Made by a program: the position numbers and the translations under genes. The notes under the pieces were generated by a model. That model was given only the letters and a program-made list of their open reading frames with translations, had not been told where the DNA came from and ran no database searches. A stretch of 64,000 bases of DNA from a virus: positions 28,413 through 92,412 of the IMG/VR virus record IMGVR_UViG_3300037088_000882. One strand, given 5' to 3'. Positions 8,876 to 18,023 of the stretch are shown here, one piece after another (positions within the stretch are counted from its first letter, which is position 1; every line of letters starts with the position of its first letter).

Positions 8876-8948
8876 AGCCGATGAGAGGGCTCAAACCTCC
8901 AACTTGCTGATTACAAATCAGCTACTCTATCAATTGAGTTACACCGGC
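8876..8948 (-). tRNA. tRNA-Thr(TGT)
   Basis: GCTGA-TTTGTAA-TCAGC; D and T loops slightly non-canonical; no CCA. Confidence 0.85.
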
Positions 8949-10249
8949 GTATGAACATATACGTTTTTAATATACTCCAAAGCATCTTCTTGATTCAAGA
9001 TCGTCCCCTCGAGTTGTTGGTCCTCGATATCGGTTAAGATAATACCGAACTCTGGGCCTTGTTTAAAGCCCATATTAAGCAAATCCTTACCAGTCACGAT
9101 TCTTGGAGGACGAATTTCTTCTGGCTCATAAGTCTTGAGCTTTTCGATAACGAAATCATAGTTCTCAAGATTCCTATGCGATGATAAACAATCTACCCGA
9201 TGAAGAGCTAAATGATCTTCAATATTAGGTAGAGCCAGAAATCTTTTCAGTCGAGAAACTCTCATTTTCTTCACATGCATAAATTTCATGTGGTTTTCGA
9301 CTAAGTCTGAAATTCGAGTTACGAAATCATTTGAAAATTTCAACCTTTTCAAAATTCCCCAAGCAATATACTTACCCTTGATATCGTGGCCACTAAACCT
9401 TATACGGTCCTCGAAGGTTTGAGTAGGTGGCTTACCCACATCATGCAATAAGGTTGCCATTCTCACCTCAATAGAAGCCTCAGTAGGAAGATTTTCAAGA
9501 GCTTTTATCGTATGCTCGAGAACATCTCCTTCGGGGTGGTATTGAGGTGGTTGCTCACAACCCTTCATGGCCCGGACCTCGGGCAGGATATGATCGATTA
9601 ATCCAGTATCAAAAAGAAGGTTTACTGCCTTCCTGTAATTACCTGCCATAAGAATCTTAGTAAGTTCATCTGCAACTCTCTCGGCCGAGACCTGGGTTAT
9701 TTCAAAGGCATGCCTTTGAACTGCCTCTATGGTGCCTGGATCGATTTTGAAATCAAACCTGGCAGAAAAACGTACAACTCTCATCATACGTAATTTATCC
9801 TCAGCAATACGGTCATCAGGATTACCTATAAGCTTTATGATACCCTTATGAAGATCTTCAATACCTCCAACAGAATCGTAAATCTTATCTTCAATTGGGT
9901 CATAGAACATCCCATTGATGGTAAGGTCCCTACGTTGAGCATCCTCTTCCATGGTGCAAAAAGAAACGCTATCGGGCCGTCGACCATCCGAGTACACTCC
10001 ATCAGTCCTATAAGTAGCTACTTCGACTTCCTGGCCTTCATGGACGACTACAATGACTCCGAAAGCTTTGCCAACTGCAAGAGTCTTATCGAATAATTGC
10101 TCGACCATTTCGGGACGTGCGTTAGTGGCTATGTCGATATCAGTTGAAGTCCTTTGTAAGAGCATGTCTCGGACATAGCCTCCAGCAAAGAGAGCTTCAT
10201 AGCCATGGTCTCGTAATTTTTTAACTACATATAATGCTTGTTGTAACAT
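8939..10249 (-). CDS. cca: CCA-adding tRNA nucleotidyltransferase with HD domain
   Basis: GGYVRD, DIDIAT, RRDLTIN, HPEGD and LLHDVGK motifs. Confidence 0.9.
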   Translation of the reverse strand: MLQQALYVVKKLRDHGYEALFAGGYVRDMLLQRTSTDIDIATNARPEMVEQLFDKTLAVGKAFGVIVVVHEGQEVEVATYRTDGVYSDGRRPDSVSFCTMEEDAQRRDLTINGMFYDPIEDKIYDSVGGIEDLHKGIIKLIGNPDDRIAEDKLRMMRVVRFSARFDFKIDPGTIEAVQRHAFEITQVSAERVADELTKILMAGNYRKAVNLLFDTGLIDHILPEVRAMKGCEQPPQYHPEGDVLEHTIKALENLPTEASIEVRMATLLHDVGKPPTQTFEDRIRFSGHDIKGKYIAWGILKRLKFSNDFVTRISDLVENHMKFMHVKKMRVSRLKRFLALPNIEDHLALHRVDCLSSHRNLENYDFVIEKLKTYEPEEIRPPRIVTGKDLLNMGFKQGPEFGIILTDIEDQQLEGTILNQEDALEYIKNVYVHTPV

Positions 10250-10250
10250 A

Positions 10251-10562
10251 TTATCCTATTTTGATATTTTCTTCTTCAATTTTAACCCCTTGTTTTTCAA
10301 GGGATTTGAGATCTCTTTCCAGTTCCTTTATATCTTGTTTTTTATGCTCCAAAACATATATGATAAATCTTTTTATAGCTATGGCATCTTCATCTGAAAC
10401 TTGAACAGTTGAATAGCTTGAAAATTGTATCTCTGATTTTGTTGGATCATCTTTTTTATAGCACAGTATTCGTGTGTTTGCACTACCGCCTGTGAAAGAA
10501 TATTCAATGCCTTCTGAAAAAAAAGATCCAGTACAGACATGCATAATATTAACATTTTTCAT
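10251..10562 (-). CDS. hypothetical protein
   Basis: 103 aa ORF in operon. Confidence 0.55.
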   Translation of the reverse strand: MKNVNIMHVCTGSFFSEGIEYSFTGGSANTRILCYKKDDPTKSEIQFSSYSTVQVSDEDAIAIKRFIIYVLEHKKQDIKELERDLKSLEKQGVKIEEENIKIG

Positions 10563-10581
10563 ATTTTATCCTATTTAAATT

Positions 10582-10659
10582 TGGGGTGGAAGACGGGGCT
10601 TGAACCCGCAACCACTGGCTTCACAGGCCAGGGCTCTAGCCAATTGAGCTACCTCCACC
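10582..10659 (-). tRNA. tRNA-His(GTG) with encoded G-1
   Basis: CTGGC-CTGTGAA-GCCAG; G-1:C73; CCA. Confidence 0.95.
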
Positions 10660-10665
10660 ATAAAA

Positions 10666-11355
10666 TCAGTCTTCTCTTACTTGAACAAATTTTTCGATGT
10701 ATTCTCGATCTTTAGTGAAAATCGGAATGTTTAAATCTACATCCCCATTAACAACACAAAAACCACGTTTCCGCACAACTGGATATTTATCGAAATTTAT
10801 TCCTTTTTTCTGGAATAGTAACTCTTGTATTTCCTTACAAGAGACTTTATTTAATTCCTTGTGTGAAAAGTTTTCTCGCCCTGCCATCTGGATTGAGTTC
10901 CTGGTGGCATCCACTTGTCTCCATATGAAATAGTTTACTACCTCATCCTGAGGAATTGAAAAAACTCTACTATCAAAACAGACGTTGCTTCCATAGAGTC
11001 GAGAAAAGACTGCACTGGCCAAGGAAGCTGATATTGAAATCATTTTTCGTGCATCGTATCCGAACCAGGCATCTGTCGAGATCTTTTTATAATCTGTTAA
11101 AAGAAAGCTTATTTCGTCGGATTGGCAGTAACAAAAACCGCACCCTTGAATGTCAGCTAATACCGTATTAGCAGTTGCGATCATTTGCTCGGTAAACTCC
11201 ATGGACCATCCTTTTCCGAATCTTTTTCTGGTGATGGTGTGGAAGGCCCGGCCATCGATCCTGAGTATTACCGGAATCCGTCTTGGTAAAGTCCAAGCTG
11301 AGACTGATTCATAACGCTTCATGCGATCGCCTAGGTCTAACCTATCACTACTCAT
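10666..11355 (-). CDS. thg1: tRNA-His guanylyltransferase Thg1-like 3'-5' polymerase
   Basis: RMKRYE, RIDGRAFH, QSDEIS, FDSR and WRQVDATRNS motifs. Confidence 0.93.
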   Translation of the reverse strand: MSSDRLDLGDRMKRYESVSAWTLPRRIPVILRIDGRAFHTITRKRFGKGWSMEFTEQMIATANTVLADIQGCGFCYCQSDEISFLLTDYKKISTDAWFGYDARKMISISASLASAVFSRLYGSNVCFDSRVFSIPQDEVVNYFIWRQVDATRNSIQMAGRENFSHKELNKVSCKEIQELLFQKKGINFDKYPVVRKRGFCVVNGDVDLNIPIFTKDREYIEKFVQVRED

Positions 11356-11602
11356 TTTTATTCCGATCTGTTATATAAGATTTAAGTCTTTTAATTATCC
11401 CATTTCCTGTTTCTATACCGTAGAAATCATTCACACAGTTATGGATTCTTTCTACGATTCGATCTGATTTTGATCCTTGTTTTACTGCGTTTTCGTAATA
11501 ATCAATCCAGTCTACAAGCATGTTGTTTTTTTGCAGTACTTCTAACACAAATTCAAGAGGTAGCCCTATAGATGATACTACAAAATGGATTCCTCTAACC
11601 AC
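11348..11602 (-). CDS. small protein resembling an alanyl-tRNA synthetase helical subdomain
   Basis: F-x-SSIGLPLE...LVDW resembles the AlaRS motif FKLYDTYGFPLD...VD. Confidence 0.45.
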   Translation of the reverse strand: MVRGIHFVVSSIGLPLEFVLEVLQKNNMLVDWIDYYENAVKQGSKSDRIVERIHNCVNDFYGIETGNGIIKRLKSYITDRNKNE

Positions 11603-11684
11603 TATTTTTTTATCGGTCGAGTATCCTGAGAACTGTGATACGTTGCGTTTAGCATGAAGCTATTACCCTTCTATTATACATAAA

Positions 11685-11770
11685 TGGCGGAGGCGAGACG
11701 AGTCGAACGTCCAAGGCCTTTCGGCCGGCGGTTTTCAAGACCGCTGAATTACCAGTTATCCTACGCCTCC
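11685..11770 (-). tRNA. tRNA-Ser(TGA)
   Basis: GCGGT-CTTGAAA-ACCGC, long variable arm, G73, CCA. Confidence 0.95.
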
Positions 11771-11780
11771 ATATATCTCA

Positions 11781-11853
11781 AGCCCACATCCTGGATCGAA
11801 CAGGAGACCTCATCCTTACCAAGGATGTGCTCTACCAACTGAGCTATGTGGGC
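11781..11853 (-). tRNA. tRNA-Thr(GGT)
   Basis: CATCC-TTGGTAA-GGATG; no CCA. Confidence 0.95.
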
Positions 11854-11856
11854 ATA

Positions 11857-12297
11857 TTACCTTAACCCGTAAAGGTACAGCAATCCTGCCCATCCACTTG
11901 GAAGGCATTCTGGTGCTGTTTCTAATTTCTTTCCGTATTTCACAGCCATTTCTAAAAAATACTTAGCATGAAAGAATGCCTCTAACATTGGCCGAGTGTG
12001 TTTGAGCCATTCCTTATTATGTTTTGAATCAAATACTTTACCAGTTCCTTCCTGGTATATTTGATCGAAGTCATCATTAAACATAACTCCTACAGGAGCT
12101 AAACTTTTTAAAGTTTCTATTATCTTTTGAGTGCTTCCCTGTATGCCGTATACTTTAAAAGAGGAATGGTAGAAACGGTAAACGTAATCCTCATAACACC
12201 AATGGTCATTAATATCTTCCAGGAGCTTTTCAAGCTCGGGGAGTCTTGCCTTGATATTTACCAAGAGGTCTTTACTAAGATCTTGTCTCTCACTCAT
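11857..12297 (-). CDS. hypothetical protein (start MSERQ; the longer ORF call runs through tRNA-Trp and the attenuator)
   Basis: SD GGGAG before ATG 12297. Confidence 0.7.
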   Translation of the reverse strand: MSERQDLSKDLLVNIKARLPELEKLLEDINDHWCYEDYVYRFYHSSFKVYGIQGSTQKIIETLKSLAPVGVMFNDDFDQIYQEGTGKVFDSKHNKEWLKHTRPMLEAFFHAKYFLEMAVKYGKKLETAPECLPSGWAGLLYLYGLR

Positions 12298-12317
12298 AAG
12301 AACTCCCTTTTTAAAGA

Positions 12318-12379
12318 TGGCAGGAGTGGATCGAACCCCCATCGTCGGTTTTGGAGACCGGGTGCTTAGCGACACTCCT
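12318..12379 (-). tRNA. truncated tRNA-Trp(CCA)-like gene (62 nt)
   Basis: AGGAGTG/CACTCCT-G-CCA acceptor, CTCCAAA loop; D arm minimal, T-stem 3' strand missing. Confidence 0.6.
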
Positions 12380-12381
12380 AT

Positions 12382-12424
12382 AAAACAAAAAACCCCGCCG
12401 AATCTTTCGATCGAGCAGGGTTTG
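12382..12424 (-). terminator. attenuator terminator 2
   Basis: AAACCCTGCTCGA...TCGGCGGGGTTT followed by U tract. Confidence 0.88.
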
Positions 12425-12452
12425 ATTTGAAACACTTTATTTTTACTTAACC

Positions 12453-12551
12453 TTACTCGATCTCCAATATAGTATGCCAATGTGCCCATGATGTCGATGT
12501 GGTGGCCATTGCATTATTAGAGGATGATGTAGTAAGATTAATTGTTTTCAT
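12453..12551 (-). CDS. leader peptide 2 (Thr/Ser/Trp/His/Ala): MKTINLTTSSSNNAMATTSTSWAHWHTILEIE
   Basis: 32-aa apparently leaderless ORF; stop region pairs with the terminator 5' strand. Confidence 0.9.
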   Translation of the reverse strand: MKTINLTTSSSNNAMATTSTSWAHWHTILEIE

Positions 12552-12558
12552 GGTTATA

Positions 12559-12587
12559 ATTATACTATATATTTCGGTTCGTGTCAA
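12559..12587 (-). promoter_or_regulatory. consensus sigma70 promoter of tRNA array 2
   Basis: TTGACA-17 nt-TATAAT, 7 nt before the leader ATG. Confidence 0.9.
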
Positions 12588-12597
12588 TATTTTTAAT

Positions 12598-13056
12598 TTA
12601 TTTCATATTTCTGCTTTTGAACTCTTCTATTATTTGTAAATGATCAAAAGCCATTTTTTCAGGTAATTCTGATATACGGAACCATTTAGCCTCTTTAGCG
12701 TCATCTCTAGCCTCTACTGCATCAATAAGTTTCTTGCTGTATGGGATGAGGGCATAATAGACAACAGACACTACTCGGCCTCTCGGGTCTCGGCCTGGGT
12801 CTCCAAAAGTTTTAAATTGTTTTAGAGGGATATTTTTTAAATCCTTGGTAGACAGAGATGTTTCTTCTTTTAATTCTCTGTAGGCGGCTTCTTCAAGGGT
12901 TTCTCCTGAGTCCAAATAGCCTCCAGGTATTGCCCACATATCTTTAAATGGGTTATTCACACGTTTTATGAGTAATATGTTTACCCATTTTCTTATTGGG
13001 GTCATGATCACAATATCAACTGTTACGTTTTGTTTTTCGTATTTTCTTTTATTCAT
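12598..13056 (-). CDS. Nudix hydrolase (ADP-ribose pyrophosphatase/NrtR N-domain-like)
   Basis: GGYLDSGETLEEAAYRELKEET Nudix box; RDPRGR; AFDH. Confidence 0.9.
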   Translation of the reverse strand: MNKRKYEKQNVTVDIVIMTPIRKWVNILLIKRVNNPFKDMWAIPGGYLDSGETLEEAAYRELKEETSLSTKDLKNIPLKQFKTFGDPGRDPRGRVVSVVYYALIPYSKKLIDAVEARDDAKEAKWFRISELPEKMAFDHLQIIEEFKSRNMK

Positions 13057-13170
13057 ATATTACCTTTGTTAAGAGAGGAAGTCCGAGAGACTGGAGGAAA
13101 AACTCGGACTTCCAAGAGCACCAGCATTTGACGCTGCTGTAGCTCCATAATTTATTATACTGTATTGCTA

Positions 13171-13329
13171 CTATCGATCTGAAATACGCTCTCTGGTTGA
13201 AAATCTATATTCACATTCAACACATTTTCTACGCCTTCGGATATATGTGGCATAATCACGGGAATCTATTACTATGGTTTTGCCTTTACATTTTGGGCAA
13301 ACAAGGTTTTTACGGTTGAGGTTTAACAT
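13171..13329 (-). CDS. stand-alone NrdR-like zinc ribbon (52 aa)
   Basis: CPKC..VIDSR..IRRRRKCVECEYRFSTRE; no ATP-cone. Confidence 0.7.
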   Translation of the reverse strand: MLNLNRKNLVCPKCKGKTIVIDSRDYATYIRRRRKCVECEYRFSTRERISDR

Positions 13330-13459
13330 CTGGTATCCTATCTTCGATCGTTACTATTGCGTGACATTGAGGACACGTAAGTTTTTTAGGGTTAAAAAGA
13401 ATAGGTTCTAATTTTTCTTCTTCTGAAAGGGCTCCACAAAAACCGCATTTGTATTTCAT
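13310..13459 (-). CDS. small zinc-finger protein (49 aa)
   Basis: MKYKCGFCG...CPQC. Confidence 0.5.
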   Translation of the reverse strand: MKYKCGFCGALSEEEKLEPILFNPKKLTCPQCHAIVTIEDRIPDVKPQP

Positions 13460-13460
13460 G

Positions 13461-13736
13461 TCACTTATTCCCTATCTCATTATTGGCGTCTAAAGACATA
13501 AGTGTGTTAGATGAAGCATCCTGTGACGTTCTTATTTCTTCACAATATCCTGAGCATTCCGTTACTACCCAATAAAGGCCGTCTTGCTTTTTTTCCTTAG
13601 TGAATTTATTACATACAGAGAAAGGGTCCCCAGCAATGAGAACACATGAAGCACACCTAGTTTCTCTACGTACTTCTCCTACGTGTCGAGCTGCGAGGCG
13701 AAAAGATGAATCGACTGGAATAAAGATGTAGTTCAC
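13461..13736 (-). CDS. hypothetical Cys-containing protein
   Basis: ORF track. Confidence 0.5.
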   Translation of the reverse strand: MNYIFIPVDSSFRLAARHVGEVRRETRCASCVLIAGDPFSVCNKFTKEKKQDGLYWVVTECSGYCEEIRTSQDASSNTLMSLDANNEIGNK

Positions 13737-13741
13737 GGTTT

Positions 13742-14317
13742 TTATTCATATTGCTGGACGGTTTGATCTAAATGCTCGATCGGTATATTTGCTTTCTTTA
13801 ACATATCAATTGATTCTTGTGCTTTTTGGTAAAGTTTTTTTGCAATGATTTTAGAAACTCCTATGCTTATAAGCATCATGGTGCAGGTTCTGCATGGGGT
13901 CATTGATACGTATACCATGGAACCATCTAAAGAGATTCCTCGACGAGCTGCTTGTAATATAGCATTTTGCTCTGCATGAATAGTTCGAATACAGTGTTGT
14001 GATGGTGGCATCTCATATCGACTTTTAGCTGAGTTGTATGTGTGTGTATCTTTTCTTACTTGCATAATTATTTCTGCATCGTTGAATGCAGGCCACCCAT
14101 TAACTCCAATCGTTTCATCTACAAATCTAATATGTTCTTCCATTTCATGCCCATATTTATCACAATGATCAAATCCTGGTGGGCTTCCAGCATATCCTGT
14201 GGTAAGTATTTGGTTATTCTTTACAAAGACGCATCCAGGTTTACCTCGATCGCAGGTAGACCTTTGAGATATTGAATCGACGACACTCATGAAATATTCA
14301 GTCCAAGTAGGTCTCAT
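13742..14317 (-). CDS. dCMP deaminase (ComEB-like) with insertion
   Basis: RSTC, HAEQNA and PCRTC motifs. Confidence 0.9.
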   Translation of the reverse strand: MRPTWTEYFMSVVDSISQRSTCDRGKPGCVFVKNNQILTTGYAGSPPGFDHCDKYGHEMEEHIRFVDETIGVNGWPAFNDAEIIMQVRKDTHTYNSAKSRYEMPPSQHCIRTIHAEQNAILQAARRGISLDGSMVYVSMTPCRTCTMMLISIGVSKIIAKKLYQKAQESIDMLKKANIPIEHLDQTVQQYE

Positions 14318-15669
14318 TTTTTAAATCCTAAACTTTTTGGTTCTTTGAAATGATTTTCGCATAATTTCTTATGGTCCTTAATAGCTGTTAAAATGGTATA
14401 TGTCTCTTCATTTGTTATATTGTTACGTTTAAACTTCATTTTAGCCAGTTTTACGAACTCCGCTACAAAAGCCATACTCGAACCCTCTAATTCTTTAGCA
14501 AGGTCTCTAAGGGCTTCTTCTGATGTTATGTGGCTTGTGTAATCTATGCTGATATTGTAATACTTCAATAATTTATATATGTTATCCGGTGTAGGCTTTT
14601 CAACCTTATAGATTTTATCGAAGCGACCTGGTCGCCCTATTAATGCTTCATGTAAAATATCTGGAAAATTGGTGGTAGCAAAAAGAATAATATCATCGAA
14701 TTGGTCTACTCCGTCCATCCCTTTGAGAAGGCTGTGTAGTGAAATGCTTCCATAGTCCTTATCCATTTCACCGCTTTGAAAGGCCACAAATTTATCTATA
14801 TCTTCCAAGACACATACACGAGGTTTTACTTCTTCTGGATAGAGTAAATAATCTATGCTGCTTTCATGTATATTATCAAAATTCAAAGTGCCATCCCGTT
14901 CAATTGCTCTTCTTATATCAAAATGCTCGAGTCCGTAATACTCACAAACTTTACGAATAAGAAGAGTTTTGCCATTGCCTGGGCTACCTGCAAGCATGTA
15001 TCCACGACGCCATGCTAATTTAAGATCGTTTTTATAAAGATCTCGACTGATTAAAAAGTTATCGATATCTTCTCGAATATTCTTTAGTATTTCATCTGGC
15101 AGAAAGATTGAATTAAAAGCATCCTTATCGCAGTTTTGTTCGGTAAGTTTTATTGCTCTGAGTTTTTTTGAGAATCTTTTAATAAAAGAGGTGATAGTGC
15201 TTTCATTCCACTCTTTATTTTTAGGGTCAAAGACAATCCATATATTGTTTGTGCTGCTAGATACGTAGGATTCATCGTAACTTAAGTAGTAAACTCCAGG
15301 CTCGATCTCGGCAAAACCGTTAGGGCATCGTAAGTCTAACCCGAGATTATTCCCATAAATATTTACATATGAAAAAGCAATTCCACCATATGAGGATATT
15401 TTTGGGCCTATGTATGTTTCTAATCTCTTTGTATCAAAAGGATTATTCATCAATAAGCTATTCTCAGATAGACCGTATTTATTTAAGATTAAGGCTATGC
15501 GGTTGAAATAGACTAAATCTGTGAGTGGGTCGTAAAGGGGTAGAATTTTTGGAATGTTTTTGATTTTTAAACCTAATTTAGGTTTTACATTACGTTGAGG
15601 CTTCCACCCTAGTCCTATTCCTGGTGGTGTGGCAACAGCTTGAGTTGTTTTACAGTATTGAGGATTCAT
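14314..15669 (-). CDS. AAA+ ATPase
   Basis: GSPGNGKT Walker A, LEDID Walker B, TTN sensor, RPGRFD. Confidence 0.9.
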   Translation of the reverse strand: MNPQYCKTTQAVATPPGIGLGWKPQRNVKPKLGLKIKNIPKILPLYDPLTDLVYFNRIALILNKYGLSENSLLMNNPFDTKRLETYIGPKISSYGGIAFSYVNIYGNNLGLDLRCPNGFAEIEPGVYYLSYDESYVSSSTNNIWIVFDPKNKEWNESTITSFIKRFSKKLRAIKLTEQNCDKDAFNSIFLPDEILKNIREDIDNFLISRDLYKNDLKLAWRRGYMLAGSPGNGKTLLIRKVCEYYGLEHFDIRRAIERDGTLNFDNIHESSIDYLLYPEEVKPRVCVLEDIDKFVAFQSGEMDKDYGSISLHSLLKGMDGVDQFDDIILFATTNFPDILHEALIGRPGRFDKIYKVEKPTPDNIYKLLKYYNISIDYTSHITSEEALRDLAKELEGSSMAFVAEFVKLAKMKFKRNNITNEETYTILTAIKDHKKLCENHFKEPKSLGFKK

Positions 15670-17354
15670 GACATTTTTACCTTATAAAGTTTAGTTCCAT
15701 CCGCAAAGTATACTTCCACGCCATTATGGTATAACCTTGTTGATGAATTGATTGGTGAATTTTTTATTTCCTTTTTATGGTCCTTATCTCTAAATAATAC
15801 TGTTTTATCATCGTCGGCTAAAATATTTAATCCATTTTCTAGTGAGATAAAATTAACTGCCCCAGGACCCGTCATGGGTTCTATCCAAACTGAATATTTT
15901 GAGAAATTTTCATTAAAGATCAATATGTACTGCCAAAAATTTCCACCTTTTTCTACAATAAGAACAGAGGTGTGTCCTTCATGTTTTGCATCTATTATTC
16001 GAAACCCATTTAACTCGCTTACCAGAATATTGACGCAATGTCCCGGACTGTAGGGTACAGCAAGATGGCATTTCATGAAATCGTCTTGAGTTATTATGCC
16101 AGGGAAGATCTTATAGGAAGGGCATAGGTTGCTTACGGGCTTAGTTTGATGTAGGAGTCTACCTAATCGTTCAAAAGAGTTCTCTACGAGTTCTCCGTTG
16201 TTTATAGAATAGATTAAACCATTCGCACCAAACATTGCTTCAGCTGACATGACACTTACAGGTTTTTTAGATAAATCATAGAAGCATATTTGCCCATCTA
16301 ATCCTGGATGACCTATAATTGGGTCTTCTCCATAAATAGATAACATTTCAAGATTGTTTCGGCCAGTTTTAGTGAAATTAAATACTTGTTTATCCTCTTT
16401 ATAAACCCCTGAATTTGTTATGGCATAACGGGTTTTATCGAAGAAGTAAATTTTTTGTATTGTTGATGAGAATTCTTTTACCAGTTCCACTATAAAGCCT
16501 CCTTGACTGGAGACTGACTTTCCTTGAGAAATTGCAATAGAAACCAAATCAGCATAAGGAGGAATTGATCTTTCTCCTTTACTGAAAACAGCCTTGTACC
16601 AATCAAGATGTTTTTTAGGAATTACTGAGAAATCCTGGCAGGACTTGGGTAAAGTTACGTCTTTATCGAAAACTGAGATTCCCTTATCCATTCTTTTACC
16701 CCATTCAGCAGGAGCAAAATTAGGATGAAAACCTTTATAAGGGTGTATGCCAACATACATCTGGAAGGTAACTACTGCAAAACTAAACCAGTCAGTAAGT
16801 TCAGTGAACACCCCTTGAGGAGCCTGTCGGTCTCGTACGGATTCCATCAAGGCCATGGCCGGGAATGACGGAGTTTTCCAAGAATCCACATCGATACAAT
16901 AAACAATTTTCATGTCACTGCTTATTAGAAAATTCATTTCATTATAATCGACTATAAGAAATTTGTTTTTATGAACAAATTCTAATGTTTTTTGCATGCC
17001 CGAGATCATTTCAATTATATCTTTGGGGCTAATGTTTTTTTCATCTCTGAAGTTTTTAGTAAAAATTTTACACAGAAATTCTGTGCTGTCGACATAGGGC
17101 ATGGTAAACCCTATAGGCATCATATCTTTTGGATCATATAAGGGCTCGATGGGGGCGAGAATATTGTCTCTATTAAGGGTCCCGAGTTCCTGGATCTTGG
17201 CCACAGGGATCATTTGTTTAGGGTCGTGGTATATTTTATAAGCTATTGAATCCTTACAATAAACAACGCCTTGGCCTCCCGCAGCTTTATAATCTTTATC
17301 GGTAAGGGTTATAATTCCACTTTTCTTTTTTACTTTGGTTACTTTTGAATTCAT
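15666..17354 (-). CDS. Ser/Thr kinase-like protein (TerY-P triad type)
   Basis: GGQGVVY, AYKIY, DYNEMN, IDVDS and DWFSF motifs. Confidence 0.8.
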   Translation of the reverse strand: MNSKVTKVKKKSGIITLTDKDYKAAGGQGVVYCKDSIAYKIYHDPKQMIPVAKIQELGTLNRDNILAPIEPLYDPKDMMPIGFTMPYVDSTEFLCKIFTKNFRDEKNISPKDIIEMISGMQKTLEFVHKNKFLIVDYNEMNFLISSDMKIVYCIDVDSWKTPSFPAMALMESVRDRQAPQGVFTELTDWFSFAVVTFQMYVGIHPYKGFHPNFAPAEWGKRMDKGISVFDKDVTLPKSCQDFSVIPKKHLDWYKAVFSKGERSIPPYADLVSIAISQGKSVSSQGGFIVELVKEFSSTIQKIYFFDKTRYAITNSGVYKEDKQVFNFTKTGRNNLEMLSIYGEDPIIGHPGLDGQICFYDLSKKPVSVMSAEAMFGANGLIYSINNGELVENSFERLGRLLHQTKPVSNLCPSYKIFPGIITQDDFMKCHLAVPYSPGHCVNILVSELNGFRIIDAKHEGHTSVLIVEKGGNFWQYILIFNENFSKYSVWIEPMTGPGAVNFISLENGLNILADDDKTVLFRDKDHKKEIKNSPINSSTRLYHNGVEVYFADGTKLYKVKMS

Positions 17355-17576
17355 TTAATCCCATCCATAGGAACGAATTTCTTGAGCTATGCTTCTTAGG
17401 CTGTCTTCAGTCTTTTCTCTTTGATGCCCAAATACTTCGTAACCACTGTCGATTAATGGTGTAGGGTCTAAAAAAGCGTCGGCTATACCTTCTAATATGT
17501 TAGCTGGAGTCATACCTACACTGATCCATGTTTGTACGGTTTTACGAATTAAGAGTTTTTCTTCTGTTAAAGTCAT
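17355..17576 (-). CDS. hypothetical protein
   Basis: ORF track, tight packing. Confidence 0.5.
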   Translation of the reverse strand: MTLTEEKLLIRKTVQTWISVGMTPANILEGIADAFLDPTPLIDSGYEVFGHQREKTEDSLRSIAQEIRSYGWD

Positions 17577-17579
17577 ATG

Positions 17580-18023
17580 TTATCCGTAATAGGCAGATAG
17601 GAGCCATTTAGGTTTTTCATCCGTATTAAGATGAGTTTTACAAAATTCTGTGAAAGCTTTTAGATTCTCTTCTTTTACCTCTAAATGATAAGGAATTTCA
17701 AGAGCAGCATCCCATTCTGTGCTTAATTTTGTTTTGAGAACTGATAAAATTGGGCTTGGTTCATCTCCGTAACCTTGATAGATTAATTCTACTGGAAGTG
17801 GGTGGGCTTTCTTGAACCCGTTTTTATGGTTATAGTATTCATCACATTTTTCATCTTGTATCCCATTTAGAAAATTCCCCTTTTCGTCAAATACTCTAAA
17901 AGGAGGAATATAGCCACAAACAGCGTTAAACCACCAATCCTCAATATCATCCGACCAAGGATATTCTGTTTCATTATCTAATACGATACCAAAACAAATT
18001 GTTGCCCGTGCATCTGAGCCCAT
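17580..18023 (-). CDS. hypothetical protein
   Basis: SD AGGAGG. Confidence 0.65.
   Translation of the reverse strand: MGSDARATICFGIVLDNETEYPWSDDIEDWWFNAVCGYIPPFRVFDEKGNFLNGIQDEKCDEYYNHKNGFKKAHPLPVELIYQGYGDEPSPILSVLKTKLSTEWDAALEIPYHLEVKEENLKAFTEFCKTHLNTDEKPKWLLSAYYG

Noticed and set aside
12298-12489. N-terminal extension of ORF 11857-12489
   Set aside because: Crosses the terminator and tRNA-Trp; an SD supports the start at 12297.
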